Shown here: in pieces, positions 12,701-26,400 of the stretch
Layout of the letters: each line of letters opens with the position of its first letter
Numbering within the stretch: position 1 is the stretch's first letter
Origin: Utricularia gibba
Lineage: Eukaryota > Plantae > Magnoliophyta
Assembly (NCBI GenBank): GCA_002189035.1
Contig: CM007990.1
Location: forward strand, 682,001 to 746,000
DNA: 64,000 nt
Direction: 5' to 3'
Position numbers and translations under genes: made by a program
Notes under the pieces: model-generated
Told to the model about the DNA's origin: nothing
The model's input: only the letters and a program-made list of their open reading frames with translations
The model's database searches: none

Positions 12701-15700
12701 AGAGGATGATTGCAGGCTTTTCTCAGCTCCATGCACCTATTGTTTAAAGTCTTGTAAGTCTTAGCCTGATAAATTGGATTCTTTTGAACCTTGCGCTGTT
12801 CATCTTCAGGATCAACCCTGAGGGTTCCAGTAGCCTTAATCCAATCATAAATGGCACTCTGTATTGCAGACATTCGACATTTCAAAACAATTGAAACCTG
12901 CATGCACAAGAAGAAATTAGTGGCAATCCTGGCCATTTGAAGTAAGCTGACTGTGACTGATTCGTACCTTTGGAGGAAGTGACCCTTCAACATCCTCGAC
13001 ACGACGCCTGAGCATGAAGGGCTCCAGAATTTGATGTAGCCTATGAATAATAATAACCTTTTTCTCTGTCTCAAGCCAATCATCTTCAGCATTGTGGCCT
13101 GGCCCTTCCTTTTGAAAGGGTTGAGAGAACCAATCATTAAATGCCTTTTTATTGTCAAATACTTCCGGAAGCAACAAGTTCAGAAGAGACCAAAGTTCCT
13201 TAAGGTCGTTCTGCAAATAAAGAGAAGCCTCATCATCATCATCTAAACAAGGATATGTACAATGCCTCAAAAAGCAAAATTGCAAAACATGGGGAATGAA
13301 TGGAATGACCAGGAAAAAGAACTAAGCCCGTGAGTATTCGTTGGAAACTATGATAAATACACATAAAATTCACAGAACAAGAGTTCTTTGAAATAGAAAT
13401 TCAGTAACACTGAAGCTTTAAATGAAGGTAGAAAAGAACTATGATTGAATGGTACTCTTTCAAAATAAACCACACCTGAATACTTCTTCCATCCAATACT
13501 AACATTTCTGTAGATAAATAAACAAACCTGCAACGGGGTCCCTGTGAGAAGCAAACGTCTTTGGCAACGATATCTGTCCAAATCACGTGCTAAAACTGAT
13601 TCCCTGTCCTTCATTCTCTGGGCTTCATCAATTATGATGTACTTCCAATCTACCTTTGAAAGCTTTGACCGATCATACATGATGAATTCATATGTTGTTA
13701 CAAGAACGTTGAATTTCATGGCCAAAACCTCCTACAGTGAAAAAATAAAAGGGGAAAAAAGTATTGTATTAAAGCACTCAGAAAGGCATGACTCTTAACT
13801 TCTGGTCAGCGTGTTACCTGGGAAAACAACTTTGACCTGTGGTCCTTCCCACCAACATAATATATACAGGAAACCGTTGGAAGCCAATTATGTAATTCAC
13901 TCTGTAATAGAACACAATAAGCATAAATGGAAAGTCGAGGACAACTTAGTAAGAGTAGGAAGTGGGACTACAAAGAGAAAATACCTTCCAGTTAACCAGA
14001 ACCGCATTAGGAACAATAATAAGATGGGGACCATAATTTCCTTTGAATTCCATTAAGTACGCAAACAAAGACATAACCTGAAAAATAATTAAATGAATCT
14101 CCTCAACAGACCACCGCAGCTATTCAGTAAATTAGTAAATAAAATTTATATGACCCACTAAACAGGAAAATAAATCGCAAATGACGCAGCATAATTCGAA
14201 ATCCTAGACCAAGGACTTGCCTGCACAGTCTTTCCGAGACCCATCTCATCAGCTAAGATTCCATTGAGTTTGTTATTGTACAAGGATAGCATCCACTGCA
14301 AACCAACCTGTGTGTGGCAATCAGCTTAGCATTCAACATTCATACATGCACAAGTTCCTGCACATCTTGAACATGCCAGAAAAGGCCGATCCATAATAGC
14401 AGACAGAAAAACATACGAGTTGATAATCTCTTAGTGTTCCAGCCCGCAACAATGATGGCTGCCTAACAACTCTTTCATTGACAGCGTGTGCAAGATGGTA
14501 ATACCTGATTGAAATAATTATAAAAAGAAAAAAATGTTAACAATGCCAATAATTAAAATTACAAAACCCATCCATTTCGGCGCACTCAAGCATCAGATCA
14601 TCAGATGTGCATACAAGGGTCATCAGATCAGCATTTCTGAAGTGTCACAAGCAATCCGGACACCAAATCGTTAAAGATCTCTATTTTAATGTTTATTTTC
14701 AACAAAATCTATGTCTGGTCATCTAAAAAACAGCACAGCACTACTTACTTGTTAACTGATGAACTATCCTTTGGTGCATTCATCTCTGAGAAACGATTCC
14801 TTATCATTACTTCTTCTCTGGCACAGGCTGCAGCAGCTCTCACTTCTTCTTCAGAGAGACCCTTTGAAGAAGAAGATATTTAAATTAGAAACACCACAAA
14901 ATGTAGGTTTAATCTACACATAGGGGATGAGACCTTGATATTTCAAGATAAGAATCATAAGGGAGATTCAGAGGACATTTCCATTCAAGAAGAAACAAGA
15001 GACATAACAGCAAACTTATGACAACAAATTTTATCACCAAAAATAATTGAGGATTCTCTTCATTTCTTAAGCATTGCTGATAACACAGCACTTATGCCAA
15101 CACTAGTGCACCATTGACAGAGAAGTAACGAGATAGAGAAGCAAAATAAAATAAATGCCTGTGCACGTGCTGCTGCAGCCGCAGCATTAGCAGTCTCCTC
15201 AACCTCCTGCTGGTTTTTCGCAGCAGTGATTTTGCTGCCCAATTTGTGAAGATAATCCTCAGTTTGGGTCAAAAATGAAGAAAGAACTGCATATCTTTCT
15301 GCAGCCTCTCCTGGAACATTAGTCTGTTGCTCCAGCAACATCTCTCGATATCTTTCCACATCATTATTCTTTAACGCCTCCATTCTCTTATTTCGATCAT
15401 CATCCTTGTTTTTTGAGAATTCCCTCAGCATCCTTTCATGGTATTTATGAACTCCCCTGTTTCGAGCGGTTCGGGCATCACGGATGGCCCAATGTGCTTC
15501 AAGAAGCTTCTTCCGCCATTGGAATACAGACTTCAGCTGCTTCTCCCGAGTGGCTTTCAAACTCGCCTGTGCTTGTCTGTTAAGCTCTTGACGCTGGCGC
15601 TCACATAGACGAATGAATTTCCTGTAAGGCCTATCAGGCATTGCCATGATTTCCTGTTGTTGCTGCTCAATCTCATCCCTCAAACGTGCCTGCAACTCTA

Positions 15701-18368
15701 CAAGCTGGAGTTTTTTTGATTCGATTTGCAGGCGCATGACTAAATCTGGTCTAATCCTCTTCCTTTCCAAATTCACAGCAAGTATCCTATCAATCTTCTG
15801 TATCTTCTCTTGTCTTTTTCTTTTACGGACAACATCAATTCCACCAGCAAAGAGGTCTGTAATATCATATGCTAAAGTCAAGTTACTGTTACTGTTCATC
15901 AGTGACGGCCCAAGAGCCTCATGCTTACGTGTGAAGACAGGGAAATCAAATAAAGGTCCGTGATACTTTCTTGTGGGGCATTTTCCTTTGCCTGTGGTGA
16001 ATTACTTGGTTGGATGGGTTTGTTAACCTGCATGGGATCAGAGGTGCTTGGCGGTTGAGATATTTCCTTACCTTTTCCCATGCTAGCATCAACCTTGACA
16101 AGAAATTCTTGGTTTCCTGGTTCAGTTTCAGGGTCAGATTTTACATTTCTACCTTGCCCTTCTTGCTCAATTTTTCCCGGAGGAGTTAAAAGCCTCAGGC
16201 TGTTTGCTGATGAATTTGAAACCTGTGCATTCATGGGCATTGCAGAACCCCTATCATCTCCTGAGGCTTCTTCCATTGAAATATTTACATTACGTGCTGA
16301 TTTCCCCAAGAGAAACCCCTTCTCACTTGACTCCATATCTCTTGCATTATCATCTTTAATTTCCCCAGCACACTTAACCTTACTAATCATGGATGAAGAT
16401 GACACTGCAGGTAGCGTCTGCACATCCAAAGGTGGGGGGCAATTGATTGAAGCAGCTCACGTGGTAAAGTTCCATCTCCTTTCTGAAAGACAATTAAAAA
16501 TGAAGTCAAATCAGGATGGCACTGCTGCACTCAACCAAAACATCAATATGCAAACCTTCAAACGCCTGAATGCAAGTATCTGCGCCTTAAGAACATGCAA
16601 TTGCTGCTTGGTAAATCCAGCATGTGATTTTTGAATCTGTCCAATAGGCCCTTGCGATGTTGTAGGGTAACCAACATGCCCCTCATTATATGGAGCCATA
16701 GATTGGGAAGGTGACTCATTCGTCAGTCTTCCATTGGGTGGCTGAGAAGCTTCTATTAGAGTGGATGGATTTTTTGAATGTGAAACCTCAATCCGATGAT
16801 TTAAGTTGGTTGAACCTAGAGAAGGACTCATGTGAGGCATTCCGTGGCCATGTATGGTGGACTGCCTTGAGAGCAATGGTTTATCCCTCATATGCGCAGA
16901 AAACTGTTGCACATGATGGTTGCTAGGACTGTTAGTCACAGTGACACTCGAAGGCACACCAAGGCTGCTTGGTGTAAGTGTCTGCCTTGTTTTAGAAGAT
17001 CCTGATTGACCTGATATGTCACTAGAAGAATGACCACGGGGTGAGCCTTCATTTCCTAGCATTGGTGAGGCAACATGCTGCTTGGAAAAAGATCCAGATT
17101 GAATACCAGGAGTATTCTCGCTCAGATCTTGGTGAGAAATCATCCTAGACTGCATGAATGGGGTTAGCTGTGAGAAAACATTTGCATTTGCAGGATTTGA
17201 CAGATCAATATTACGATCAAGAGCTAATGCTTGAATGGCCTGCATCTGTGAGGCCATAATCAAGTTATTTGACATGTTCATCACATTTTGCTGAGCTTGT
17301 TGCCCAGCATTTGTGCAGATGGGACTGACTGGCCAATTGCAGGATGATTGAGTTTTGAATCAGTTCGCTCTTCTGGATGAGTCCACCGACTCTGATCATC
17401 CAGTCTATCACTCTGTGCCACTTGCTCCAAATACTTCTTGGATGAAAGCTGAGCCTGATTTGATGCTGGAAAAGAAACAAGCTCATCCGTCTTCATATTT
17501 GATAGCCGTACATCTTGATCTTTACCAATAGATCCAAAGGCTTCAGGTCTCAGTTGTTGCTGAGATTGCATTCCCAAAAATGATTTCTGTTGGGTAGACG
17601 GAAAAGCATATTGCAAATAAGCCTGTTGCATAGAATTCAACGTCTGTGGCTCAACACCTTGACTCCTAATGTGACCTTGCTCTGGAATATTAGGAGATCC
17701 ATGCTGGGACAAATCAATAAAATTTCGAGCTTGCTGAGGAAGTTGCATCGAGCCAGACACAGCAGCAAAATTTGGCATTCCATGGATGCCGTGAACGCTA
17801 CCAGTCGGGTAGGATAAAAGAGAGTCATTTGATTCAGGCCTCCTCAGGAACTGCTGTGGCATCGGCTGCAAATGACAGTAGAAATCTGAATTTTATAAAA
17901 AAAATAACGTAAAGCAAGAAGTTTCTGATGAAAATGTTTCCAAACAGTAGCAATACGTACAATAATCATCAATTTCCAACAAAAAAAATACGCATAAAGT
18001 CTAAGGAAATCACATCTACATTTCCAAATTACGCATAATATAAAACTTTGTATGCAAAATCAACCAGCAAAGCAAGCAAGCATTGCAAGGGAAATAAGCT
18101 GTTGACATAGAAAGCGCGACATAATCAAACCAAGCAGCATGCGCTGAAAATACAACGAACAAAACACAAAGTAAAAGTAACAGAGAGATAACGAAAAAAT
18201 ACGAACCTGTCTTAGCTGCTGTTGCTGCAGCTGCTGTCTCTGTGGCTTCTGATCAAAAGCTGACACGGCAGAGGATGACGATGATGGTGAAGCAGAAGCA
18301 GATGCAGCCGAATTACGTCCATGTCCACCGGGACCTCCAACTTGTTGGTGCCCGACCCCTGACTGCAT
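9714..18368 (-). CDS. BRM: SWI/SNF2 chromatin-remodelling ATPase BRAHMA (QLQ, SNF2 ATPase, helicase C, bromodomain-like C-terminus), multi-exon
   Basis: QLQ ([20 protein letters not shown]), [74 protein letters not shown]; three single-base frameshifts at 15975-78, 16434-39 and 17303-05. Confidence 0.97.
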
Positions 18369-19159
18369 ACGTGTACTTACCAGAAAAGGCCCAAAGCAAG
18401 AATCTTTTGAAATTGGTAAAGTAATCAAGCTGCAAAGATACAGATTTCAGTCCTATCCTTCCAAATAATTGAATGCTTGAGGATCACACTGGTGCTTTCC
18501 ACCAGCTGGGGCATCCCGTCAACAAGAGAGGCAAAAAAAACACTACACCATGCTCACTCAGACCAGTGGAAACAGTTGAAAGACTCCGAAATCACACGCC
18601 ACCAAGCACTAGATTTTCGAAATTCCCAGCAAAATCCTCAAACCCCATCTCTGAAAAGGGACGAAAATAGCAACCAGATCAACGGATTTCAGGAACTTGC
18701 TTATAATGGAGCTGGAAACGGCGTCCGTACCTCCCTACCCCAAAACAATTATTCCGTAGAAAAGACAGGCTAAATCCAATCAAATCCTATTTCCTCTCAA
18801 AAAAATCCAAAACCGAAAAGGCGGCTTCGCAAACTAATTGATAAGGACAAGGTAGATCCAATGGACGGCGACTGTCCGAACAAGCCGGAGGAATCCCGCA
18901 CCTCAAATTTTCCCTTCACCCGAAGTGTGCTCGAGGTTGGGGCACTGATTCATTTATACTCTTATTTGGAAATATTTATTTATTTATTGGTAATTATGAT
19001 TTTATTTTTATTCATTAAAAAAATCGATCAATGTAATGGGAAATTTAAATGGCCCTGAGATAGGCCCAATAAGTAATGGTGTAGGCCCATTATCTATGAA
19101 ACAGAGAGGCCAATATTAGTCTCGTCTTCGGCCCAATATCATCATACAAATTTCTGTCG

Positions 19160-20070
19160 TTTCGAAGTTCCTCCATCTCCGTCTGCACTCTCAGAACGTG
19201 ACTCCTTGGTCCGGTTTGTCGACGTGAGTAGAGCTGGATTGATGCAAGACTGGTTACTTCTTCTCGTATTTCGGATCTCGATCGGTGTGCGCTGCGTGAT
19301 CTCAAGTGTTGAATTGCTACATGTTCGCGTTTACTCATTTTGCTCAATGTCTTATGTGTTAGGATTCGTATACAGTGATGTGGATGGACTTTAGGTCGGA
19401 CGATTTCATTTAGCATTTTTAAGATTCGTTTCTTCCTGCTATTTGGGAATGTTTCATTCGAGTAGGGTTTGCTGCGTTCTTTCTGATTAGGATATGATGA
19501 CCACGTTGATGCTGTCCTTTTGATTGCTGTTAAGGCTATTATTTTCCTGCCCTGAAGTTTGTTTTTGAGTATCTGGTATCATGCATATGCATATTCAGAC
19601 GGCAGCAACCCAGGTTCAACTGTGAGAAGGGCAATCAATTTGGATTGTTTACAAATGGGAATGTCTCACCTCATCAACCTGAAATGTGGTCACTGGCCTC
19701 CCTCGCCGGTAAATGCATTTCAAACTTGTTCATCAGCCGTAGTTTGCTAAGCCTGGTGATTGTGGTTCGCATTATTTCCCTTAATATGCTTCTTTGTGCA
19801 TTAGTGAAATCCCATCGCAGTATAGCTGCTGTATTGCAACTCGTTCTGACTAGATGTGGTATACGAATGACCTTATAGGGCAATCAGTTGGGTCACTTTT
19901 GTTTGCTGTATTTTCTGTGGTTATCTCCTTCTTCAGGTCATTCAGTGGCTTCCCCTGTTGCCCCCTTTTTACTTTTTCTGGTTTCTTTCTCTTTTCTTGC
20001 AGGCTTTGTACTCCAAGAACCAGGCAACCAGTATCCAACTGAACAGGGCGGTGGCGCCGGAAGGAAATAA
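19160..20070 (+). other. Putative unannotated spliced transcription unit divergent from BRM (lncRNA, small ORF or decayed gene)
   Basis: Site II motifs at ~19060-19135; donor GAC/GTGAGT at 19224; exon 19599-19708 (TTCAG ... GCCG/GTAAAT); polypyrimidine acceptor at 20002; spliced 30-aa ORF possible. Confidence 0.4.
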
Positions 20071-20215
20071 CTACTCGTAGCAAACTAAGAGGAAGCGAAT
20101 AATTCAGGGAGTGGATGCCAACTGGAAATTCGTCACGCGAGTAGGAATAATAACAGCAGCCACACACACACAGATACAAACAGTGGGCATCACTAGGTAA
20201 AAGCACACAGATTCA

Positions 20216-21314
20216 TCAGTTGCTGCTCCTGAAAGGTATGGCCCTGATCACAACTTGGTGGTACAGAGCAGCAATGGCGGCTCCGATAAAAGGTCCGACC
20301 CAGAAAACCCACTGTAGAAGGAGAAAACAAGCCGTCATCGCATTATAGAGGTCTAGATTTTACCGTGCCTGAAGATGCGGCGAAAAAAACTGACGAGTTC
20401 TGCTTACATGGTTATGCCAGGCTGCGGGTGAATTGTACACCATGGCGGCGCCGAGGCTACGAGCGGGGTTGATTCCGGTGCCGGTGATCGGGATTGTGGC
20501 CAAATGAACAAGGAAAACGGCGAATCCAATGGGGAGTGGAGCCAAAATCTACGAATTATCCAGCACTCAAATTCCGGGTTTCTGTGGAAAAATGTAGAGA
20601 CGAAGAGCAGGGGAGCAGGAGAGTTCTTACGGGACATGGGAGTCTCTGGCGCTCCTCTTTGCATCAGTCGCGGAGAAAACGGTGTAAACGAGGACGAAAG
20701 TGCCGATAATCTCAGCGCCGAGGCCTTGGCCAATGTTGAACCCAGTAGCGATGGCGTTCGCGCCCCCGCCTTGACTTTGGTACAGCTCCGGCGAGAATCC
20801 TTTCACAACTCCGGCACCCGCGGCGGCGCCGAGGACCTGCGCGATTATGTAGAAAATCGCCCTCGTCAGGGACAGCTTCCGCGCCAAGAACAAACCCAGC
20901 GTCACAGCGGGATTTATATGTCCTCCTGAAACACCACAACAGATAAAAACCGCGAAGACGAAAGGAGATCTGGGTTTCTGGAAATGCACCAGAAATTCCA
21001 GCAGTGCTGTAAACGAGAGCAAAGATGGCGCCGCCAAACGCCCAAGCAATCCCCTGAACTCCAACCGTGGCGCATTTGTTGGGAGATTTCTTAAACCCCA
21101 TCACTGTCAAGATCGTGATGTAGAGAAACAAGAAAGTGGCGACGAACTCCGCGATTCCAGCTCTCCAAAACGACCATGACTTGATCTCTCCGGCCTCGAA
21201 CAGCGGCGCCGGCGGCGGCTCCCTGTAGTCCTTCGTCTGGGCGGAGGTCCCCAGCGGCTGACGCTCGGAAAACTTGTTCGCCCCGAGCTTCACATCCTCC
21301 TCTTTACCCTCCAT
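20216..21314 (-). CDS. PIP1: Plasma-membrane intrinsic protein PIP1 aquaporin; 4 exons
   Basis: [27 protein letters not shown]; two NPA motifs ([15 protein letters not shown]); [27 protein letters not shown]; exon 2 end (SHVP) needs +1 C at 20631-20633. Confidence 0.97.
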
Positions 21315-21544
21315 TATTCTCTCTCAATCTCCTCGGCCTCTCACGGGATGTGAGTGAACAAAAAGGATTCAGAAAAAATATAGCTTGCATGTTTCTGACT
21401 AACCAGCCCCTGCACTTCTCACAATTACAGATTGGCCCCATACGCTTCCATCGGATTCTTTTTACATCTAGAATTTGAATTTCTTTAATTCCAAATATGG
21501 ATAAGCTCTGACACCAAGGACCAATCTGCAAATAATAGAGAAGA

Positions 21545-21620
21545 TGACGTGGCACCACGGTTTTTCGAAAACGCAGTGGGAGCACGTCACATGATCTGGG
21601 GCCCCCGGAGGCACGTGGCT
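21545..21620. promoter_or_regulatory. ABRE/G-box cluster upstream of PIP1
   Basis: ACGTGGC at 21547-53, CACGTC at ~21584, CACGTGGC at 21612-19; about 230-300 nt upstream of the PIP1 ATG. Confidence 0.55.
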
Positions 21621-22892
21621 TCGTTCCTTCGCTGGCGCCAATTGTCGATAAGCTATTTTTCTTTTCCTTTTTTTTAAAAAAAATTTTGCTTTAATTATTT
21701 TATCACGAACAAACAAAAATAACAGTTCCCCTATAAAGTAAAGTGATTTTGGCACATGGGGCCCAGCCCATGTGAGCTGGCAATAAACACGTGTAAAATT
21801 ACAATTATGCACATATTAACATAAAAACTTAATTGACTGTTTTATCATGCACTGCACATGGACACTATTGTAAATAAACCAAATCAACTGCAAAGTAAAA
21901 TCCAATTTAATCTAATGTTGTTTCGCATTTGAAACATTCGTTGTGAATCAGTAAAAACCACGAATTGAGAATTCGGATTTTAACAAACATCAGTACTCTA
22001 CATATGAATGGCTTTAACTAGTGTGAAAAATGTGATATGCTAGTCTTACAAGCAAGGAATGTAGTGCTCTATACTAAAGCAATGTCCCATTTGTCTCCTA
22101 CTTTTTGTATTATTTTTGTAATGAGAATTAAAAAAAAAAGATTTATTAAAGCGGGTCGTCCGTACATCCTCATTGAGTCCAGCCCAGAGCTCAAATTGGG
22201 CCGATTCATAGGGCGATATTTGTTGGGCTGTTGATCCACATTCCGCAGCCTTGAAATAAATATTACATTATATTTGCATTAATTAATTTATTACGCGGTT
22301 TATTTTAATTTGAATGATGTCTGAAAATATAAAACGAATTTTATCACGCGAAAGCCGTTGTTCTAAATTCTGTCCATCCGCTTTGCGTCCGGTTTCCCGC
22401 GTTTCCTGCCCCGCTCGCGATTTTACGAATCATTCGTCAAGGTTCAAGAGGATTAGCACAGGTTTGGGTCTCAGCGAGATTTGATATATGGCCGTGTCTG
22501 CATTTACAGGTTCGCACCATCTCCTTGTTGTACCCTGTGTCGCATTGTGTGCTATTTGTTTTTTTTTTTTTTTTTTGTTGCGCTGCATTTTCATGTTGGG
22601 TGTTTATTGGTGTTGGCTTTGGAAAGGAATTGAGTGATTCTTTGAGGACTACTAGGGTTTATCTGAGCCATAATTTTATGATTCTTTGACTCCAGATGCA
22701 TTTTCGTTATTTTTTCTCGTTTTGTGATGGAGTGGAGGGCGTAGTTGACCTAATTTTGTTGGCATTTTTCCTATTTTTGCCAGTGGACCTTTCTGGTGGT
22801 TTGTATAATTATTTTGCTTGTTTCTTCCACAGATATACACGGTTGTGATCATTATTTCTGTTTTTTGGCATCTCCTTAGTATCTTCAGTCAA

Positions 22893-23330
22893 ATGACTGA
22901 AACTTATAGTGAAATCATTAAGCCCGAGGTATGGTGATTGCCAGTGCTTTTGTTTTTTTTGTTGTGGTACATCTGCGATATGCTTTCAAATTTTTATTGC
23001 CATTCTTTAAGCATGGTTCCAGGTTCAGTTCTGATGTTTGAGTTGTCCTGTCTCGGCAACATTAATCAAAGAATGTGATTATCCATGTCAACCAATTTTC
23101 TTCCTTCTATATTAATTTGTTGGGACTATTCATTGTAAACTGTTGTTCCGTTTTGTGTTTTTTTTCTATGAGCCAGATATTGTTGGAAGTTCTAACAAAG
23201 CTAAGTGAAACACGATTTGAGTTCGTGTGTTCAATAAGCACTCCTGAGATCCAACTTTTACCAGGCCCCCTGTTCTTCATATTACTTCCAAGAGATCGAT
23301 GCCGTCACAAGGACATACTCACATGATTTA
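22893..23330 (+). pseudogene. Probable remnant of an ASK20/ASK21-type SKP1-like gene
   Basis: Spliced 5' UTR-like layout, then exon MTETYSEIIKPE/GTATGG resembling the ASK21 N-terminus (MSE.E.AIIKPE, recalled); weak downstream fragment VGSSNK; no continuous ORF. Confidence 0.5.
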
Positions 23331-23465
23331 GCTTTGTTATTGTTCATGTGCAGCTGATGGATTTGCAAAACCGTTACTGATTGGATGAGGGAACAAATGA
23401 TTGGCAGGATTTTCTATGTATATGTGGTATTGACATTTTCTGTAGCATAACAAGGTAACGAGGTG

Positions 23466-26400
23466 TTAATGGCACCGTTGATGCCACTCTTGTATAGCGG
23501 AGCGGAGAGCATGATTAGGCACCAGTTCCGTGTGCGGAAGGTCAAGGCCTGTGGTTGGGGAAGTATCATGCCCACTCTCTAGCCATCCCTTAATAGCTTC
23601 TGAATCATAGGTGAACCCATCGCCAGCCACCACTGGGTCTCTCATGATTTCCTGCATATCATGCCACAATGCTGGTGAGTGATTTCCGTACCAGTTAATC
23701 AATCCTATTGTACATGGAAGAAGCCAACAGGGACATCATACCAACCTGGAAGATGGGGCACACGAAGTAGGATGGTAGCTCCTCTGAAATACAGGCTCCA
23801 TATGTAACTTTCATTGGTTCGAGAAGTCTCCACACCTCTGAGGCTAGGTTCGGGCGATGCTTCTTATCCCTATTAGTGCAGCGGATAGCAAGACGAGCCA
23901 GTTGTTCTGCTGCCACAAATGGCCAATCTCCCGCTGTTGGGTCGAGTACATCTCTCAGGTTTCCATTTTGTATTGCAGTTTGGATTTCGGGGGCTATCCC
24001 CTTTGCAGGCTTTCCACTTAAAAGCCTAAGTACTATGATTCCAAAGGAGTAAACATCAGACCTGGTCGTGAGTTCTCCATGCTCGAGAACTTCCGGAGCA
24101 ATGTAATCTCGGGTTCCCATTGCCTGATCCAGCCAGAAACATCTTGTTGTATCATTCTCGTCTTGTGAGAGCTCATGACTTAATCCGAAGTCACAGAGCT
24201 TGCTTACACAGTTAGCATCCAAGAGAACATTGGATGGCTTCAGATCACCATGAACAACACCATGTGGGGACAAGAATGCAAGAAAATTAGAGCTGAGCAC
24301 AGTTCTGATGCAATGCGAATTCGAGTTCGCCATGTCAATGGTGGAGTGTTGCCTTTGCAGTCGAGACGATCGTGAAGGTCCCCCCCTGGGATATATTCGT
24401 AAACCAGTGCACAAACTTCAGGGCAGGCCCCAATAAGTGATATGATGTTTGGATGCCTCAACTTGCTCAATATATCAACCTGAAAATACAGTGATCACAA
24501 AGGGAGAATTGCTTCCAGCTTACATATGAAGGAATATTTACCTCCTGACGAAACTGAAGAGGTCCTTGAGAACTCCGTGGGTTCAACATCTTTACAGCTA
24601 CTTTTGTGTGCCGGAGATTTGCCAAGTACACTTTTCCGTAGCCACCTCCTCCAATCTCACATGATGGGCTGAATTTGTTTGTTGCCTCTCGGATTTCAGA
24701 GTAAGAGAACTCCAGAAACAACTGAGAAGAACATGATGAAGTTGATGTCTTCCTCAGCCTTTCAGCTTCCCTGAGAGCATGGTCACGCTCCATCTCCAGT
24801 TCATCTCTTTCTTTCTTGTACTGTTGCAACAAGTCGACAGCAGAACGCATCTTTGTTTCCAAGTCCTCAACCATTCTGTCAGACTCTGCAACCTGATTCT
24901 CTAAGGATGACTTAAGTTCTTGAGCAATCCTGAGCTCATTCTTCACTCCATCAAGTTCCAATCTTGTGTTTTCGGCATCTTCCTTGCTTTTAGACAAAGT
25001 CTCTTCCAGAAGTCTTACTTTCGCAGAATGCAGAGCTTCAGCGGCTTTCAACTGAAACCATTGGAAAGAAAAAAAAGCAACACAGCTAAGCATCTTTCCT
25101 TTTGGTGTTAGAGGTAAATAATGCATGTTTAGGAGTAGTGTAGCAGCAGTACTCTGCGAATTGCTTCTATTGCATCTTTTTCAGCCTTCATGCGCTTGAT
25201 TGAATCTTCGTAAGCTTCTTTTTTGGATGTTTCAGCCTCGGTCGCAAACTGCTGAAGTCGATCATAAAGACCATCATCTGTAGCTTCCTGCAAGAAAAAA
25301 GAAAAAGACATGATAAGGAGACTAAGTACATCCATTTCTTCCATGCAGTGATGAGATATACTTACAACAGCGAGAAACGTGAGTCCATCCTCAATCTCTT
25401 CAGTAGCAGGCGGCAAGGAAACTGCACCATCAGCATCTGTTCTACCTACTGAATATTGAGGAGGTAATTTTGAAAGAACACTATAATTTCTCTGTGGAGA
25501 TCTTTTATCCCAATCAAGTTTAGGGTATTGGCTAAAAGGACGTTGAGGAGACCCCCACTCACAGCCTAGCTTTGACCGAGACATAAAAGAATTTTCAGAG
25601 TGGACTCTATGATATGCATTTTGGGACTCTGCATGGCTATTTCTGGTCCGAGGTGTTGAACTTGTGCTTCCTGAGGTACATGAAATGCTCGAACTCCCTT
25701 GAAATAGCGGCGACTCAGCAGTGATAGTGCTCTGTTTACTTTCCCTAAACAGGTTTGGGCAGTAGAGTCAAGACTCTTGGGATGATGAGGGGAACAGCGC
25801 ACGAGGAACATACCTAGTGTATATGAGGTTCCCCTTGCATACAAGCCAAATGTGGCAGAAACTTGGAGCTTCCCTTCGAACATAGTTCGCTTTCCTAGAG
25901 TTGGGCTCCTTCATCCTCCTGCAACACACAGCGGATGTAGGAAACACACTGACTTTGAAAGGGGAAAAACAGTGAAAGAGGCATACTTGGAGAAGGATCT
26001 GTTAGCTGCTGCCCCCATGACAAGCCACTTGATCTCATTCTGTACAATGAGATCCACTATTCCCTTCTCAACACAGCTGCTCTCTTCCACAACTTTCGTT
26101 GCCTCCACCTAAACAGCCACAGCAGCAGCAAAGCTAAGACCCCTGAGCAAATCCAGTGGATGTGAAATTTGGGAGATGAAGTTTGGAACCCGAGCCATTA
26201 CCCCTGCTTTCCCACATGCCAGTGTATAGGAATCCAGCAACCTGTGCATCTTTTCCCTCTCCTCATCATCATATTCCTTAGCCCGGCCTTCATCCACCAT
26301 TCTTCTAGGAAGCATAGTAATCCCTGCAACCAACGAGTGTTGTCTTCAGCAAGTAGTTGCATAAAAAAGCACAAAGAGGGAAACTGACCAGAGGGTATTC

